Source: Felis catus
Taxonomy: Eukaryota
DNA: 64,000 nt
Direction of reading: 5' to 3'
NCBI RefSeq assembly: GCF_018350175.1
Contig: NC_058373.1
Span: 105,836,001-105,900,000 of the forward strand
The translations under genes were made by a program, and so were the position numbers. The notes under the pieces are model-generated. The model made no database searches. It was not told where the DNA came from and worked only from the letters and a program-made list of their open reading frames with translations. The number at the start of each line of letters is the position of its first letter. Positions within the stretch are counted from its first letter, which is position 1. Shown here piece after piece: positions 26,047 through 39,069 of the stretch.

Positions 26047-27699
26047 AACTGTGGTCAGAAGGGAGCACCAGGAGAGGAGCATGCATTGATTTTACCAAAG
26101 AATTATTCATACTTTGGTTCTGAAGCCAGTCAATCACCATCTGTTGACATATTTGCCACTTGGTATTCTAGGGAACTTCAATTTAACTTGTTCTCATGGT
26201 TGTTGCTCTGTGTGTATATCTATGTTTATATGTGTGTGTGCATGTCTTTGTGTCTGTGTCCAGTCTGAGCCTCTGACCAGTACTGAGGTCAGCAGTGGAG
26301 CAGGGGTGGAGGCTGCTGCTAGAAGGTAGAAGAGAGTTGCCAATCATCCATCTCTGACATGGGTGGGCATGGTGCTTTTGGGGGTGTTTGGAGGGAGCAA
26401 AGCTAATCTTACACAGAGGTGAGGTCACTGATGTCCTCCTGTCTGCTGAAGCAGCACCATTTCCCTTATCTGGCTGGTATCCCATCTCCTGGTTTCCCTA
26501 TGTTGCTTCTCCCTCAGGGCTGTCATTCCTAAACCTTGCTTCCCCATTCCCCTCAGCCACTCCCATGCCCCAGCCATTCAAAATGCCTGTTGTCTTAGAG
26601 GAGCTTGCTCTCAGCTAGTTATCCTGTGGGATAAGATTTGCTAAGACTCATACTAAGGTTCTAGAGATTGTTAACAACTTAATATGTAACTTCTCCCATG
26701 TAACAAATTCAAAATTAAACCAGAAGTCCTCAGATGGTGTTTTAACTTCCCTTCAACTCCCCTTATATAATCATCTGATGGTGGACTTCGAGAAATCTCA
26801 TTACAGAAGAAGTGTGAAGGGAAAATAGAACTAACTCTTCTGACATCCTCTGTTGTCACCATGATAGTGCCTTCCTGTTTCTACAAGCAAGCCAGGGCCT
26901 GTGCAGTATCCCCCAGTATTCAGAGGTACCTGCTGCCATACTAGGATTTATGGTGCATTTGGCTCATTACTTTCTACTGAAGCCTCAAAGCCAGAATACC
27001 GTGTAAGAGATGTGGTGGCCAGAACGTTGTGACTGAATGCTCACATCGCGTTGTTCTCACTGGCTAATAGCCCGGTTTTTACCATGCTTATTGCAATATG
27101 TTAACATCACCAAAGTGGGTCGCAGAAATGAGATACACACCTCAGCTGACCTGGGTAGACCTAGGGTGGCAAGGACCTGTTTATTTTAATGTATTTTAAA
27201 ATAAGTCAAGCCCTGTTTACTGTCTCTGGCTATGTTTCTTAGAAACCTCATAATTCTGACCTAAATCCAAGTTAAAACGGAACATTTGGGAAACTATGGA
27301 AAAAATGTCTTGGAACGCCATCTTTATTCAGGAAAGTTTTTCCATGTGAATTCTGCATGATTCCCCTACATAGGGGCAACTTTGTAGGTAACAACATAAA
27401 ATTATGTATTCTAGGGTGTTTGTCCCTGTATCATAAAAGAGGACACATTCTCTTCTGTTCCTGAAGTTCGTGTCTCAGATGATTAAAGAGACACTTCCAC
27501 TATATTGGGAGTGTTGGAAAAGAACTGTTCTCCCTCCTTTCCATCATTCATTCTCCCTAGGGAGGAATAGTAACCCAAACTAATGAGCACACCTGCCCTC
27601 TATCACACAGGGGTCAAATGTCAACAACAACTGCCCACGTGTGGCTTCTTTCTTCCTCTCTGGCCTCTATCTAGAGAGATGGCCTCCCTGAGGCTTATA

Positions 27700-28090
27700 A
27701 ACTTTGGTTTGGATATGGGCATATGACCCAGTTCTAGCTAACAAAGGGAAAGTTTTAATAGGGCCTTCAGAGGGAAAAGCCTCCTCCTTCTCTGAGAAAA
27801 ATAATAGAACCACTCTCCTTTCTCAGTGTGGAAAAGAAGCACGTAACCCTGCAAACTTTAGGCAGCTATCCTACAGCTATATAAAGGAGTCAGGCTTTAG
27901 AAGGAAGCCAACAGTACATAAGGTAGTGCCCAGACATGAGAAGAAATTGAGGAGTTAATGGCATGATTAAACTGCTGAATCTAACCACCTCTGAGGCCCA
28001 CATTACCACTGGGCTTTGTCATTTCATAACCGATTATTGTTCAAGACAGTCTGGATTGGCCTAATTATTTACAACCAAACTCACTGTTTC
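27700..28090 (+). mobile_element. Old MaLR LTR (MLT1J/K-like)
   Basis: ATATGACCCAGTTCTAGCTAA and 3' motif TTATTGTTCAAGACAGTCTGGATTGG...TTTACAACCAAA. Confidence 0.5.
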
Positions 28091-28149
28091 TGACTCGATG
28101 GCCTTTAATTTGTGAATTTCCTCTAGGGTGTGATTGTTTTTCTCTTCCC

Positions 28150-28680
28150 CATTTTCATCCATCTCCATGACTCTAGTAACCATTTATATGTTGACAATCA
28201 AAATTATATCTCTAGACCAGACCTCTCTTCTAAAGTCTAGACAGATATACTCAACTGCTGACTAAATATCCCCCTGGGTAGCTCACAGGTAACTTCAACT
28301 CATCAAGTCCAAAACTAAACTGATCTCTGACCCCACAACTCCCCCACCCCACCCCTGCAGGCACTCATGTATAGCCTGTGTCTCCTACAGGGTTCCCTGG
28401 TTTAATAAATGCTCAAAGCCTGACACTTCAGAGTTATCTCTACCTGACTCCTCACACTTAATCAATGATCACTTCCTGCCAATTCTTCCTTCTAAGTGAC
28501 TCTAATCAATCAATTCCCCTCTATGTTTACTGCCCCTACCTTAGTCCAGACCTCCAACATCTTCGCCTGAAATATGCAATAATCTCTTCTAAGTGATCTC
28601 CCTGCCTCTACACATTACCCACTTTGCAACCTGAAGGAGCTTTGAAAAATGAAAATTTGATCATGATGTTCACTGCATAT
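28150..28680 (+). mobile_element. L2 fragment
   Basis: TATATCTCTAGACCAGACCTCTCTTCTAAAGTCTAGAC...CAACTCATCAAGTCCAAAACTAAAC typical L2 body. Confidence 0.7.
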
Positions 28681-28789
28681 GCTTTTAGAGAGTCCAAAAT
28701 CGTTATAGTGAATATCATCACTCACATTAATTCTGCCCCCTCAAATAATAACAATAGCTTTCTATTTCATCTATTTTGTTCGTTTCTCA

Positions 28790-29230
28790 AACTCCTAAGT
28801 TCTTTGCAATATTTCATTTACTCTTCCCAATAACACCACAAAGAAGTTACTACATTGTCATTCATTTGCAAGAGGGGAAACTGAGGTATAGAGGGGAGAC
28901 CAAGTAGCTCTCCCTAAGTTACCCAGTTGGAAATAGGAAAGTTAGGGTTTTGGGGCACCTGGGTGGCTCATTCAGTTGGGCGTCTGACTTCAGCTCAGGT
29001 CACGATCTCACGGTCCGTGAGTTCGAGCCTCGCGTCGGGCTCTGGGCTGATGGCTCAGAGCCTGGAGCCTGCTTCCGATTCTGTGTCTCCCTCTCTCTGC
29101 CCCTCCCCCGTTCATGCTCTGTCTCTCTCTGTCTCAAAAATAAATAAACGTTTAAAAAAAAAAAAAGGAAAGTTAGGGTTTTAGCCCAGGTTTGCTCAGT
29201 TCCAGACACTGAATTCTCAATTGACAGATC
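28790..29230 (-). mobile_element. MIR interrupted by a CAN-SINE
   Basis: GGGGAAACTGAGGTATAGAG...TAAGTTACCCAG core, continuing after the SINE. Confidence 0.6.
28952..29165 (+). mobile_element. CAN-SINE (cat type, fairly young)
   Basis: Perfect 17-bp TSD AGGAAAGTTAGGGTTTT (28935-28951, 29166-29182) and many CpGs retained. Confidence 0.96.
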
Positions 29231-30132
29231 ATATGACTACAAGTCCTATCTATGATTTGATCCCTCCTCACCTTTCTAGCTCCATCTCAGGAAACTCTTT
29301 CCAAGGCAAATAATCCAGCCATGCCAGTCTTCTTCCTGTTCCTCAAATATGTGACCCTTCCTTACCAGTTCCTTCTGTCTGAAGCATTCTGTGTCTCCCT
29401 GCTTCTCTGAGACAGGTCAGATATCAGAACTTGCTGATGCAATATCTCAAAGATATCATCAAAAACTCAGGTTTTTATGCCCTTTGCTGTATAGTCCACA
29501 GCCTCTATTTCATCCATCTGGGCTATGAAACAGCACATGCAGCACTTGGCCATGCTGTGGGAAGGGCCAGCTTGGTTGACTTATTGGATTTCCTAGGTCT
29601 GATTTTCCTTACCGTGATTTGGGCCATTGGGACATGGACATTGAGACATGTCCTTGAGACATTTTGGCACTTTGCGGCCAATGAATACAATCTGAATTGC
29701 AAGAGTGTATGTTCCAAACAGTGGAACACTGGAGGCTGAAGCTGACAAAGGCTTGTGTATACATGAGAGCTAGTTCAATGTTTTTGGCAGCGGCTGGAAT
29801 TTGCAGATAACCTCCATGGTCATCCCGAGTAGCTAGAATTGTTAACAACACACCCTTCTTAATGGAAATTGACCCAAAGACTCGATAGTACCTCAGGCTC
29901 TCAAAATCAGAGATATCTGTGATTTCCCATGACATTCTGGATCAGACCCTCAATGACCATTCAAACTCAGCATGAAGCATTTTGTTGAAGCATCAGAGAA
30001 AGAAGACCTAAATATCAGTGTTAAGGAACAGAAAATGGATACGCTTCCCATCCAAAAAACAGAAGCATATACCATTAGCATACATGGTTGAGAAAGGAAC
30101 CGGTAGTTGAATTAAAATTTAGAATACGCAGA

Positions 30133-30356
30133 GGGGCGCCTGGGTGGCGCAGTCGGTTAAGCATCCGACTTCAGCCAGGTCACGATCTCGCGGTCCGTGA
30201 GTTTGAGCCCCGCGTCGGGCTCTGGGCTGATGGCTCAGAGCCTGGAGCCTGTTTCCGATTCTGTGTCTCCCTCTCTCTCTGCCCCTCCCCCGTTCATGCT
30301 CTGTCTCTCTCTGTCCCAAAAAAAATAAATAAATGTTGAAAAAAAAAATTAAAAAA
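30133..30356 (+). mobile_element. Young cat-type CAN-SINE (SINEC_Fc-like)
   Basis: Perfect 19-bp TSD AAAATTTAGAATACGCAGA. Shared variants GGCGCAG, TTCAGCCAGG and CCTGTTTCC. Confidence 0.97.
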
Positions 30357-30691
30357 AAAATTTAGAATACGCAGAACGTATGAAGAATGCAGCAATTCTT
30401 ATCATTTTTGTGTTATTTTTTAAAAAAAATGATTATTTGAAATGAAAAAGGATATTTGGAGTCAAATCATGTATATTATAGGTATTATCTAAAATCTTCT
30501 ACTAGGTAGTTATTTTTCATGAAATGCTGATGTATTTTAAAATATCTTCAATGAGGAGATGTCACAGATAAATGTATATTATACATTTTTAAAAGCTCTC
30601 ATAAACTCTCATAGTTATAAGATGGCTGCCAGTGACATATGGCAACATCCTTCCTCTTGCACATCTGGCTGAAAGGAGAGTAAATGCTTTT

Positions 30692-30908
30692 CATTTTGTT
30701 TTGTTTTTAGTTTTAAGTTTATTTTATTTGTTTTGAGAAAGAGAGCACACAGGAGGGCAGGGATAGGGGGAGAGAGTAAATCCCAAGCAAGCTCTGCACT
30801 GTGAGCGCAGACCCCGACCTGGGGCTCAAACCCACGAACTGTGAGATCGTGACCTGAGCCGAAATCAAGAATCAGATGCTCAGCCAACTGAGCCACCCAT
30901 GCGCCCAA
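30692..30908 (-). mobile_element. CAN-SINE
   Basis: TSD GAGAGTAAATG(C/T)TTTT and head at right end. Confidence 0.93.
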
Positions 30909-31689
30909 GAGAGTAAATGTTTTTCCCCAACAATGGAACAACATTTCTGCCCCTCAATCTAACTGGGTCAATTTAGTCATGGGCTTTCTACTGCTAAACA
31001 AATAATTGTCACCAGAGGTATGCCATATGTGACAGGGGATATGGGGTAACTAATGTGGCTTAGACCAAATAGTATCTATCCTGGAAGCAGAGGCCAACTC
31101 CCCAAACTGTACTGTGGTGACACATGGCCAATGGGTGGAATAAAGGGTGCATTTGTTGGTCCCGTAATGTTCTCAACATCACCCCTTGCCACGCTAAGTC
31201 CCGTTAATATTTCAAGTCTATGTTTAAAATAACCCAATGAATTCATTCAGTAAACATTTTTTGGATGCCAGACAGTAAGCTAGCACTAGGTTTAAAACAG
31301 TAGGCAGCTCCCCAAGGGCCACAGCTGGGGAGCGGTATGGGAGCCAGAGGGTTGAACTTTTAGGGTGCAGCTTGCTCATGAGGTATTGGAATCGGCATCT
31401 CACCCCTACACTTCTTCAGTCCAAGAGGTAGTCTGGGATCTGGCATTAGGCCCAGACTTTTGCGCAGGCACTTCTGCCTGGTTACTTACCACCTCTGCAC
31501 CTGCTGTCTTGAGATTCAGCCCAGCCCCGGGCATTTCCACCTGCTCCCCAGCCCCCACCATCTCCCTGTGATGCCTGAACTTTGTGTACTGTGTCTCAGA
31601 TCCAATATATGAATTGCGAGCAGGGTTCATGTATTTTAAACACAGATGTTTGCAGAATAAAGACTATCTCAAACCAGAAAAAATAAATA

Positions 31690-31990
31690 AGTACAACAGT
31701 GAGCAGAATAGACAGGCTCCCTGCTCTATGAAGTTTATAAGTTAGTGGGAGAGACAGAGATAACAGAGGAAGAACACATGGAACAAACATGTAATGACAA
31801 TGTATGTTGGGTGCTCTGAGAATAGGTTTGTGACAGCAGGGGTCACAGGTAAGGTTTGGTGTTAGAAATGGCCATCCTGAAGAAATGCAGTTCAGCTCAG
31901 ACCTGAAAGATGAATAGAAAAAAGGCAGGCAATGGGAGAAAGAAACAGCAAGTGCAAAGAAGCAGAAGAAACAGCCCAAGGTTACTGACA
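31690..31990 (-). mobile_element. L2 fragment
   Basis: ACAGGCTCCCTGCTCTATGAAGTTTATAAGTTAGTGGGAGAGACAGA...AGACCTGAAAGATGAATAG. Confidence 0.65.
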
Positions 31991-32271
31991 AACTAGCCGG
32001 TCTCATCATGTGCCGCTCCATTTTTCCTTTCCAAACGATGTGAACATCTCAAACATCTGTGGAGATTTGTAATGTAATGTAAAACTTTTAAACCTAGATA
32101 TTGTCAGAGTAAAGGCATCGCCTCCAGCAGGTGAAAGGGAGAAGCATGGAGGGAAGGTGCAGGACAGGAAAGGTAGCTGATGTCCATGAGGAGAAGGCTA
32201 GAAATACTTCCTACATTGATGGGACTAGAAATAAAAGTATAAATATGTTATTTAAATATCTTTAAGGGAGC

Positions 32272-32488
32272 GGGGCACCTGGGTGACTCAGTCGGTTGAG
32301 TGTCCGACTTCAGCCAGCTCATGATCTCACAGTTTGTGAGTTCGAGCCCCCCGTCGGGCCCTGTGCTGACAGCTCAGAGCCTGGAGCCTGCTTCGGATCC
32401 TGTGTCTCCCTCTCTCTCTGCCCCTCCCCTGCTCACTCTCTGTCTCTCTGTCTCAAAAATAAATAAACATTAAAAAAAACTTTTTTTT
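32272..32488 (+). mobile_element. CAN-SINE
   Basis: Head, B box GTTCGAGCCC, CT region and tail. Confidence 0.95.
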
Positions 32489-32744
32489 TAATCTTTAAAG
32501 GAAAACTTGAGTTTTAAGAGACGAGGCACAGGCTTTGGCTTGCTGTCCCTTCCAAGTGCCAGTGAAGTAAAAACATAGAAGTACTAAGCTGGAAGGAACC
32601 ACAAGATAGCAGGGAACAAAAGAGGGAGAGAAAGGCCTTGTCCCAGCACTTCAGGCTACTTGATACCATGGTTAACAATATAGAAAAAATTTTTAGTTGT
32701 TCCTAACAGAATGTCTTATAAGCTCTACTAACAGAAGTTTCTCT

Positions 32745-32869
32745 GGGCACCTGGGTGGCTCAGTCAGTTAAGCATCTGACTCTAGGTTGTGGCTCAGTTC
32801 ATGATCTCAAAGTTTGTGAGTTGGAGCCCCACATCAGGCTCTGCACTGACAGTGTGAAGCCTGTTTGGG

Positions 32870-32913
<44 letters not shown>

Positions 32914-32997
32914 ACCCCTCCCCTTCTCTCTCTCTCTCTCTCAAAGCAAATAATTAAACATTTTAAAAAACAAACAAACAAACAAAAGAAAAAACCC
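32745..32997 (+). mobile_element. CAN-SINE with expanded (CT)n
   Basis: TSD CAGAAGTTTCTCTG on both sides. Confidence 0.94.
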
Positions 32998-33065
32998 CAG
33001 AAGTTTCTCTGCTTTCTGTCACATAAAAGTAATGAACAGAGCTTTCTTTTCTTTTCAATTATTCC

Positions 33066-33152
33066 TTTTTCAATTTTTTTATTAAATTTTAAGGCTTTTT
33101 TTTAAAGTTTTATTTATTTGTTTTGCAAGAGAGAATGTGTGAGTAGGGGAGG

Positions 33153-33206
<54 letters not shown>

Positions 33207-33331
33207 CCCAAGCAGGCTCCACACTGTCAGCACAGAGCCCCATGCAGGGCTCAAACTCACCAACTGTGAGATCATGACCCTGAGCTGAAACCAAGAGTCG
33301 GATGCTTAACCGACTGAGCCACCCAGGTGCC
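33066..33331 (-). mobile_element. CAN-SINE with about (GA)24
   Basis: TSD TCAATTATTCC at 33055-33065 and 33332-33342. Confidence 0.94.
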
Positions 33332-33987
33332 TCAATTATTCCCTGTTTTTAAGCAGTAAATGCCTAGACCCAAAGCCAGACAAGAAAGACCTCCCCGTGT
33401 GCTCCTTCTAATAGTTGGTGTTGCACCATCATGATAGTGTGTCACTGGTCTCTGAAGAAGAAACCTGAGATGTTTCCTTTAAGACTTCAGAAGCATTTGA
33501 ATATTTTATTAGCTTCATTTGAAACTTGAATATCTGAAATTATATGCTGTAGTCTACAGTGTGCTGCAAAAAAAGTATGTTTAAAAATAATATAATTTCA
33601 AGTAATAGTGGTAGAAATTCACTGAACTAGTGGAATCTGATCATTTAAAGACTAGTGTGGTTTTCGAGGAAACATGAGAAATTCTTCAAGCAGGGAATTG
33701 AGTTTGCCCCTCACCCACCTGGCAACAAAATTTAGGAAGTGAGGTGAACCACACATTTGGCAATAGCTATGAGAATTATCAAGTCCTTGGTGGGGAAATT
33801 TAGAAGTACCATCCGTGGAAAACCTGAGAAAAGCAAGGCCTTCCGGAAGGAAAGTTCCGTGCCCTAAAGCTCTATGTTTTCCTGGGATGGTCTCAGTTTC
33901 AAGTCTCTGCCTTTCTCCATTTAAAGTGAGCAGGGTGCAGTTGCATTCAGAATTGTCAACAAACAGAGCCAAAGAGTATTAGATTTC

Positions 33988-34206
33988 TTTTTTTTCTTTT
34001 TCTTTTTTTAATGTTTATTTATTTTTGTAAGAGAGACAGAGCTTGAGCAGAGCAGGGGCAGAGAGAGAGGGAGATAGAATCTGAAGTAGGCTCCAGGCTC
34101 TGGGCTGTCAGCACAGAGCCTGATGCGGGGCTCAAACCCACAAACTGTGAAATCATGACCTATGCCAAAGCTGGACCCCCAACCAACTGAACCACCCAGG
34201 CACCCC
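33988..34206 (-). mobile_element. CAN-SINE
   Basis: TSD AAAGAGTATTAGATTTC on both sides. Confidence 0.95.
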
Positions 34207-34398
34207 AAAGAGTATTAGATTTCCAACCTAATGGTGGAAATGGGCAAAGTCTATTTTAAACGATTAACATTAGCAGATATTTCACACATCAAAATATTCA
34301 GATGGCAATCCAGCAGGACAGGTCTAAGATTCACATACATGAAAATTACCCAAGTCAAGTCTTGGAAAAAACTCAGATTTAGGTTCTGACAACCTGAG

Positions 34399-34432
<34 letters not shown>

Positions 34433-34629
34433 TGGAAATTTTCTAGCTTTCAACATAGCCATAAAGATAATGCATACCACACAGGGTTGATTTGAAGATC
34501 ATTTGAGATAATGTGAACATTTCGTAAACCATGGAGCACAGTGCCAAGTATCCTCCTCTATCTCCATTTACCTGTTTCTGGATGATATCCTTTCCACCAC
34601 CTCTAGGTTTTTGTTCTGTGAAGAATTCC

Positions 34630-34943
34630 TGACACACACGGAGAAGAGAACCATGTGAGGATGGAGGCAGAGATGGGAGTGATGTGTCCATGAGCCAAGG
34701 ATTGCTGGCTACCACCAGAAGCTGGGAGAGAGACATGGAACGGATTTTATTTCAGAGCTTTCCTCCTGGAAATCCTTCTGGAATCCTAAGATTCTCCTTA
34801 GGGGAGTCTCCTTAGGAGAAACCAGCACTGCGGACGCCATGATTTCAGGCTTCTGGCCTCCGAAACCGTGAAGGAGCAAATTCAGTTGGTTCAAGCCACT
34901 GGATTTGTGGTTGCTTATCACAGCATCCCTAGAAAACAAATAC
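34630..34943 (+). mobile_element. MaLR LTR fragment (MLT1C-like)
   Basis: CCATGTGAGGATGGAGGCAGAGATGGGAGTGATG...CACCAGAAGCTGGGAGAG...TTCTGGCCTCC...CCCTAGAAAACAAATACA. Confidence 0.8.
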
Positions 34944-35029
34944 AGCCTTTCATCTGAAAGCTGAACCTTCAAATCCCTGAACACTCAGCAACCCCAGTCC
35001 TCAGAAAATGCCCAAATAGGAAGTTTTTG

Positions 35030-35920
35030 CATGTGAACACCCTATTCATAAAATGATGCATTTTGCTCACAAAATGGCACAACTTATTCCATCACTGATT
35101 GGATAATGTGATATGGTCACAAAGTGAAATATTTATACAGCAATGAAAATGAATGAGCTACAGCTACATGAAACCACATGGAATAATCTTAGAAATCCCA
35201 TGAGAGAAAAAGTCAATCCCAGAAGACTACCTATGGTACAATTTTATTTTTATAGAACGAATACTAACAAGGTTAAACAAAATATTAAAATGTACACATA
35301 TCTGTGATTAAGCAGTTTCTTAAAAACTTAAATATGTGTGTACCATAAGATCAGCAATTTCACTTTTAGGCAGTTATCCCAGAGAAATTAAAAGTTAGGT
35401 TCACACTAAACCTGTACCCAAAGGTTCATGGCAGCTTTATTCATAATACACAAAACCCAGAAACAAACCAAATGTCTCCAACAGGTGACTAGTTCAACAA
35501 GCTGTGGCACATTTCTACCATGGAATACTACTTAGCAATTAAAAAAAAAAAAACAAAACAACTTGGATGGATCTCAGAGAATTATGTTGTGTGAAAAAAA
35601 GTCAGTCTCAAAAATTTTGCATATGGTATGATTCCATTCATTAGCATTCTCAAAATGTCAAAAACTGGAGGCAGAGAACAGGTTACTCATTACCCGTGGT
35701 CAGAAGGAAGTAGAGGAAGAAAGGCAAAACTGGCTATGAAAGGCTGGCAGGAGAATCTTTGTGATGTTATTATTCCATTTCTTGACGGTGCTGGTAGCCA
35801 CACAAATCTATACATGTGATGCAATTGCATAGAACTAAATATATATACAAATCCATGCATGTAAAACTAGTGAAATCTGAATAAAGTTGATGGATTGTAT
35901 TAATGTTAAAAAAAAAAAAG
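35030..35920 (+). mobile_element. Ancient L1M (L1MC/L1ME-like) 3' fragments
   Basis: CAGCAATTTCACTTTTAGG...CCATGGAATACTACTTAGCAAT...GTAAAACTAGTGAAATCTGAATAAAG with A tail. Confidence 0.75.
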
Positions 35921-35954
35921 TGAATTCCCTTTCTCCCCTGTAACTTCAGACTCT

Positions 35955-36350
35955 CTTCATTCGTTGATTCAGTGACTCGTTGAACAAATATTTGCTGAGT
36001 GTACTGTGTATGAGCCACTATGACATCAAACTGATTCATCGAAGTTGTGAAATGTGCTACAATAGAAAAATGTCCAGTTCCTTCTGAATGTGAAACGGGG
36101 AGACCTCACCTTGTCATTTGGGACAGTGAAGGCTTTCCTGAGGAAGCATTGCTTAAGTTAAAACCTAATCGATGAGTAAGCAAAAATTAGGTAAATAGCT
36201 AGGATTCTTGGCATTGTCTCAGGCAGAGAGAATGTATGCGTTCACCCAAGTGTTGTCTTGAGCTGGGAAGCAGCATGGATTAATGGTTTAATTAATGGAT
36301 TAATGAGCTGAAAGATGTTCAACAAGACTGGAGCAAAGAGACTGGGAGAG
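35955..36350 (-). mobile_element. L2 3' fragment
   Basis: TTCATTCGTTGATTCAG...AACAAATATTTGCTGAGTG and GAAGGCTTTCCTGAGGAAG. Confidence 0.6.
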
Positions 36351-36379
36351 ACAGATACAAGATGCCGATGAGTTATTCA

Positions 36380-36532
36380 GGAGGGACAGACAGAGAGAGG
36401 AGAGGGAGAGAATCCTAAGCAGGCTCCTTGCTGTCAGCGTGGAGCCCTATGCAGGGCTTGAACCCGTGAACTGCAAGACTATGACCTGAGCCAAAGTTGG
36501 AAGCTTAACTCACTGAGCCACACAGGCACCCC
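36380..36532 (-). mobile_element. CAN-SINE lacking its tail
   Basis: Head at right (CTGAGCCACACAGGCACCCC) and GA-rich region. No T-tail seen. Confidence 0.85.
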
Positions 36533-36559
36533 TTGTGATGAAATTCTGAAACTACAGCA

Positions 36560-36745
36560 GGATTTTTTCTGCCTAAAGGCTATTGCATGTGGTGTTCCCA
36601 CTGCCTGTGTCATTACCTCGGATGTGAATTCATGAAACAGGGACCTTGTCTGTCTTGTTCTCCAAATGATCACTCATGCCTGCCACAGTGCCTAGGACAA
36701 TGGGGACTCAAAAAGTACTTCTCAAGTGAATGTTGAATGAATGGT
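36560..36745 (+). mobile_element. L2 3' end
   Basis: ACAGGGACCTTGTCTGTCTTGTTC...CACAGTGCCTAGGACA...TGTTGAATGAATG. Confidence 0.7.
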
Positions 36746-37126
36746 AGAAACAGAGTAGAAAGTACTAAGGCTTACCTCGACAGCAGAGGCTGTAGTTGGG
36801 AAGATATAATTACTGATGTCCAGTTTATTGCCTGAGCATATCTCTTCCTTTGTTTCCTACTGCTGGTGTTTTTCACCCCTATATATTATCAGTCAACAGT
36901 TTGTTCCCATTTCCAGCTTCCTCTAAATGTCTTCAACTGAACTCCCACAATGATGTCAGGCTGACACTTATCTCTCAAAATTTTACCTCCTCCCATATTC
37001 CTTCTTTCTTATGGCTTCCCCTTTAATGACTCACCAAAATCAGAAACCTGATATTTATCTTTGCTAGTTGCCTTTATTCACCCTTAAATCAATTCTCTTA
37101 TAAAATTCTTTTTATTTTCCCTTTTC

Positions 37127-37356
37127 ATGTATTTTTTAAAGTTCACTTATTTATTTTGATACAGAGAGAGACACACACACAGAGAGAGAGAGAGAGTGAG
37201 CAGAGGAGGGGCAGAGAAAGAAAGAGAGAGAGAATCCCAAGCAGGCTCCACACTGCCAGCACAGAGCCTGATACACAAACCCACGAACCATGAGATCATG
37301 ACTTGAGCCAAAACCAAGAGTTGGATGCTCAACCAACTGAGCCACCCAGGTGCCCC
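37127..37356 (-). mobile_element. CAN-SINE
   Basis: Head at right and TSD TTATTTTCCCTTTT. Confidence 0.93.
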
Positions 37357-38244
37357 TTATTTTCCCTTTTTAAATAGGTTTCAAATCCATTCTCTCCTCC
37401 CCAGCCTTATGACTGATCCCTGCCCACCCGTCTTGCTCCATTTCCTACTCTCCTCTCCTCCCCTGGTACATTGTTCTCCAGTAATATTGAATGCCTACTC
37501 TTAAACGTCCTTATATTTATGTTCATTCTGTTTCCTCTACTTGGAATGCCCTTCCCACCATCCCCTTTTAACCTGAAATTCCCAGGAGAACAAGGCAACC
37601 TTCAAACACTAAATGGGCACTCTCTTAGAAAGAATGATGAAGGGAGTTGAAATGGGGGTGGGGGTGGGAATAAGGTTCCTATTGTGCCTGAAGTCTTTAG
37701 GAAAAAGTTTCAAATTTTTTAAATACGTGAAGCCCAAGTGCCTGTGCATTCCGCCCATAGGAGACTCCTAAAAGCAAGAGGGAAGAACTGTGAAAATACT
37801 AAGTACTATCCCCTCCAAAAAACTAGCAGATGCAATTAGAATGACTAGAATAGCAAGAAAAGCTGGCAACGACTAAGTTCCTGTGGAGCCCACATTAACT
37901 TTTGTCATAAGGATCAGAGGTACCCATGACAGGAGCCCTTAGGTCCTTAGGTCTGAAAGGTGTTACAGCCCCTCACCATCACCAAGTCTCAGTAGCTAAC
38001 CTGCTAAGCTCAACTCAAATCTGAAGTCAATAAATGAACTAGTTCTCAGCATCATTATGACAAAAATCAAAAAGCACGTTGTCTTGATGCCTGATCTTTT
38101 ACAGCACAATCACTCAGTAATTCTGAAATCATCTGTGCAAAGGATATGATTTATGATATCTATATAGTTGGAAAACATTTCAAAGAGGCAAACAAGTTAC
38201 TGTGGATTGTAAATCATTTTCTCCATGAGGTGGAAGGAAGAGAC

Positions 38245-39069
38245 TGTTCCTAAACCAACTGCAATGTGTTGCGGGATGGGGTGGGGGCGGGGAACATCCC
38301 CACACCACCACCAAGCAATGCTCTGGACACCAGCTGGGTGTTCTGCAATTCAACTCAATTCTGACACTATTTACCTTGGGATAGCATCGGGTTCCACAGA
38401 TTAAGGGCTCAGCTTACAGGACTGCCCCCACCCCTCCACATCAGAGGCCAGTCACAAGTCAGGTTATGGGCTGTCCTTCTGGCCAACCAGCTATAATGAG
38501 ATTCCCACGATCCCCCCTTCTTCCCTGGGTTCGATTAATTTGCTAGAGTGGCTCACAGAACTCAGGAAATATTTTACTCACTAAATTAATACTTTATTAT
38601 AAAAGGATACAACTCACGAACGGCGAAATAGAAGAGATGCATAGGGTGAGGTGTGAGGGAAGGGTGCGAATGTTCCAGTCTCCCAGGGCAATGCTCTCCC
38701 AGAGCTTCCCTGTGTTCACCAACCTGGGAGCTCTCCAAACACTGTCCTTTTCGGTTTTTATGGAAGCTTCATTATATAGCCATGACTGAGTAAATCATTG
38801 GCCATTGGTGATTGATTCAGACTTTAGCCTCTCTCCCTTCCCTAGTGTCTGTAGGTGGGACTGGAAGTTCCAACCTCCTAATTACTTGGTTGGTTACCCG
38901 GACAGCCAGCCTCCATCCTTACAAGCTTCCCAAAAGTCATTTAATTAACATAACAAAAATGACTTTATGGTTCTCTTCACTTAGGAAATTCCAAGGGTTT
39001 GGGGAGCTCTGTGCTAGCAAGAGGACAAAGGTCAAATATATATTTCTTATTATAAATCACAATATCACA
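38245..39069 (-). mobile_element. Solo LTR, MER21-like (ERVL)
   Basis: TG...CA termini. Minus strand begins TGTGATATTGTGATTTATAATAAGAAATATATATTTG, as recalled for MER21. 5-bp TSD GAGAC at 38240-38244 and 39070-39074. Confidence 0.85.
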
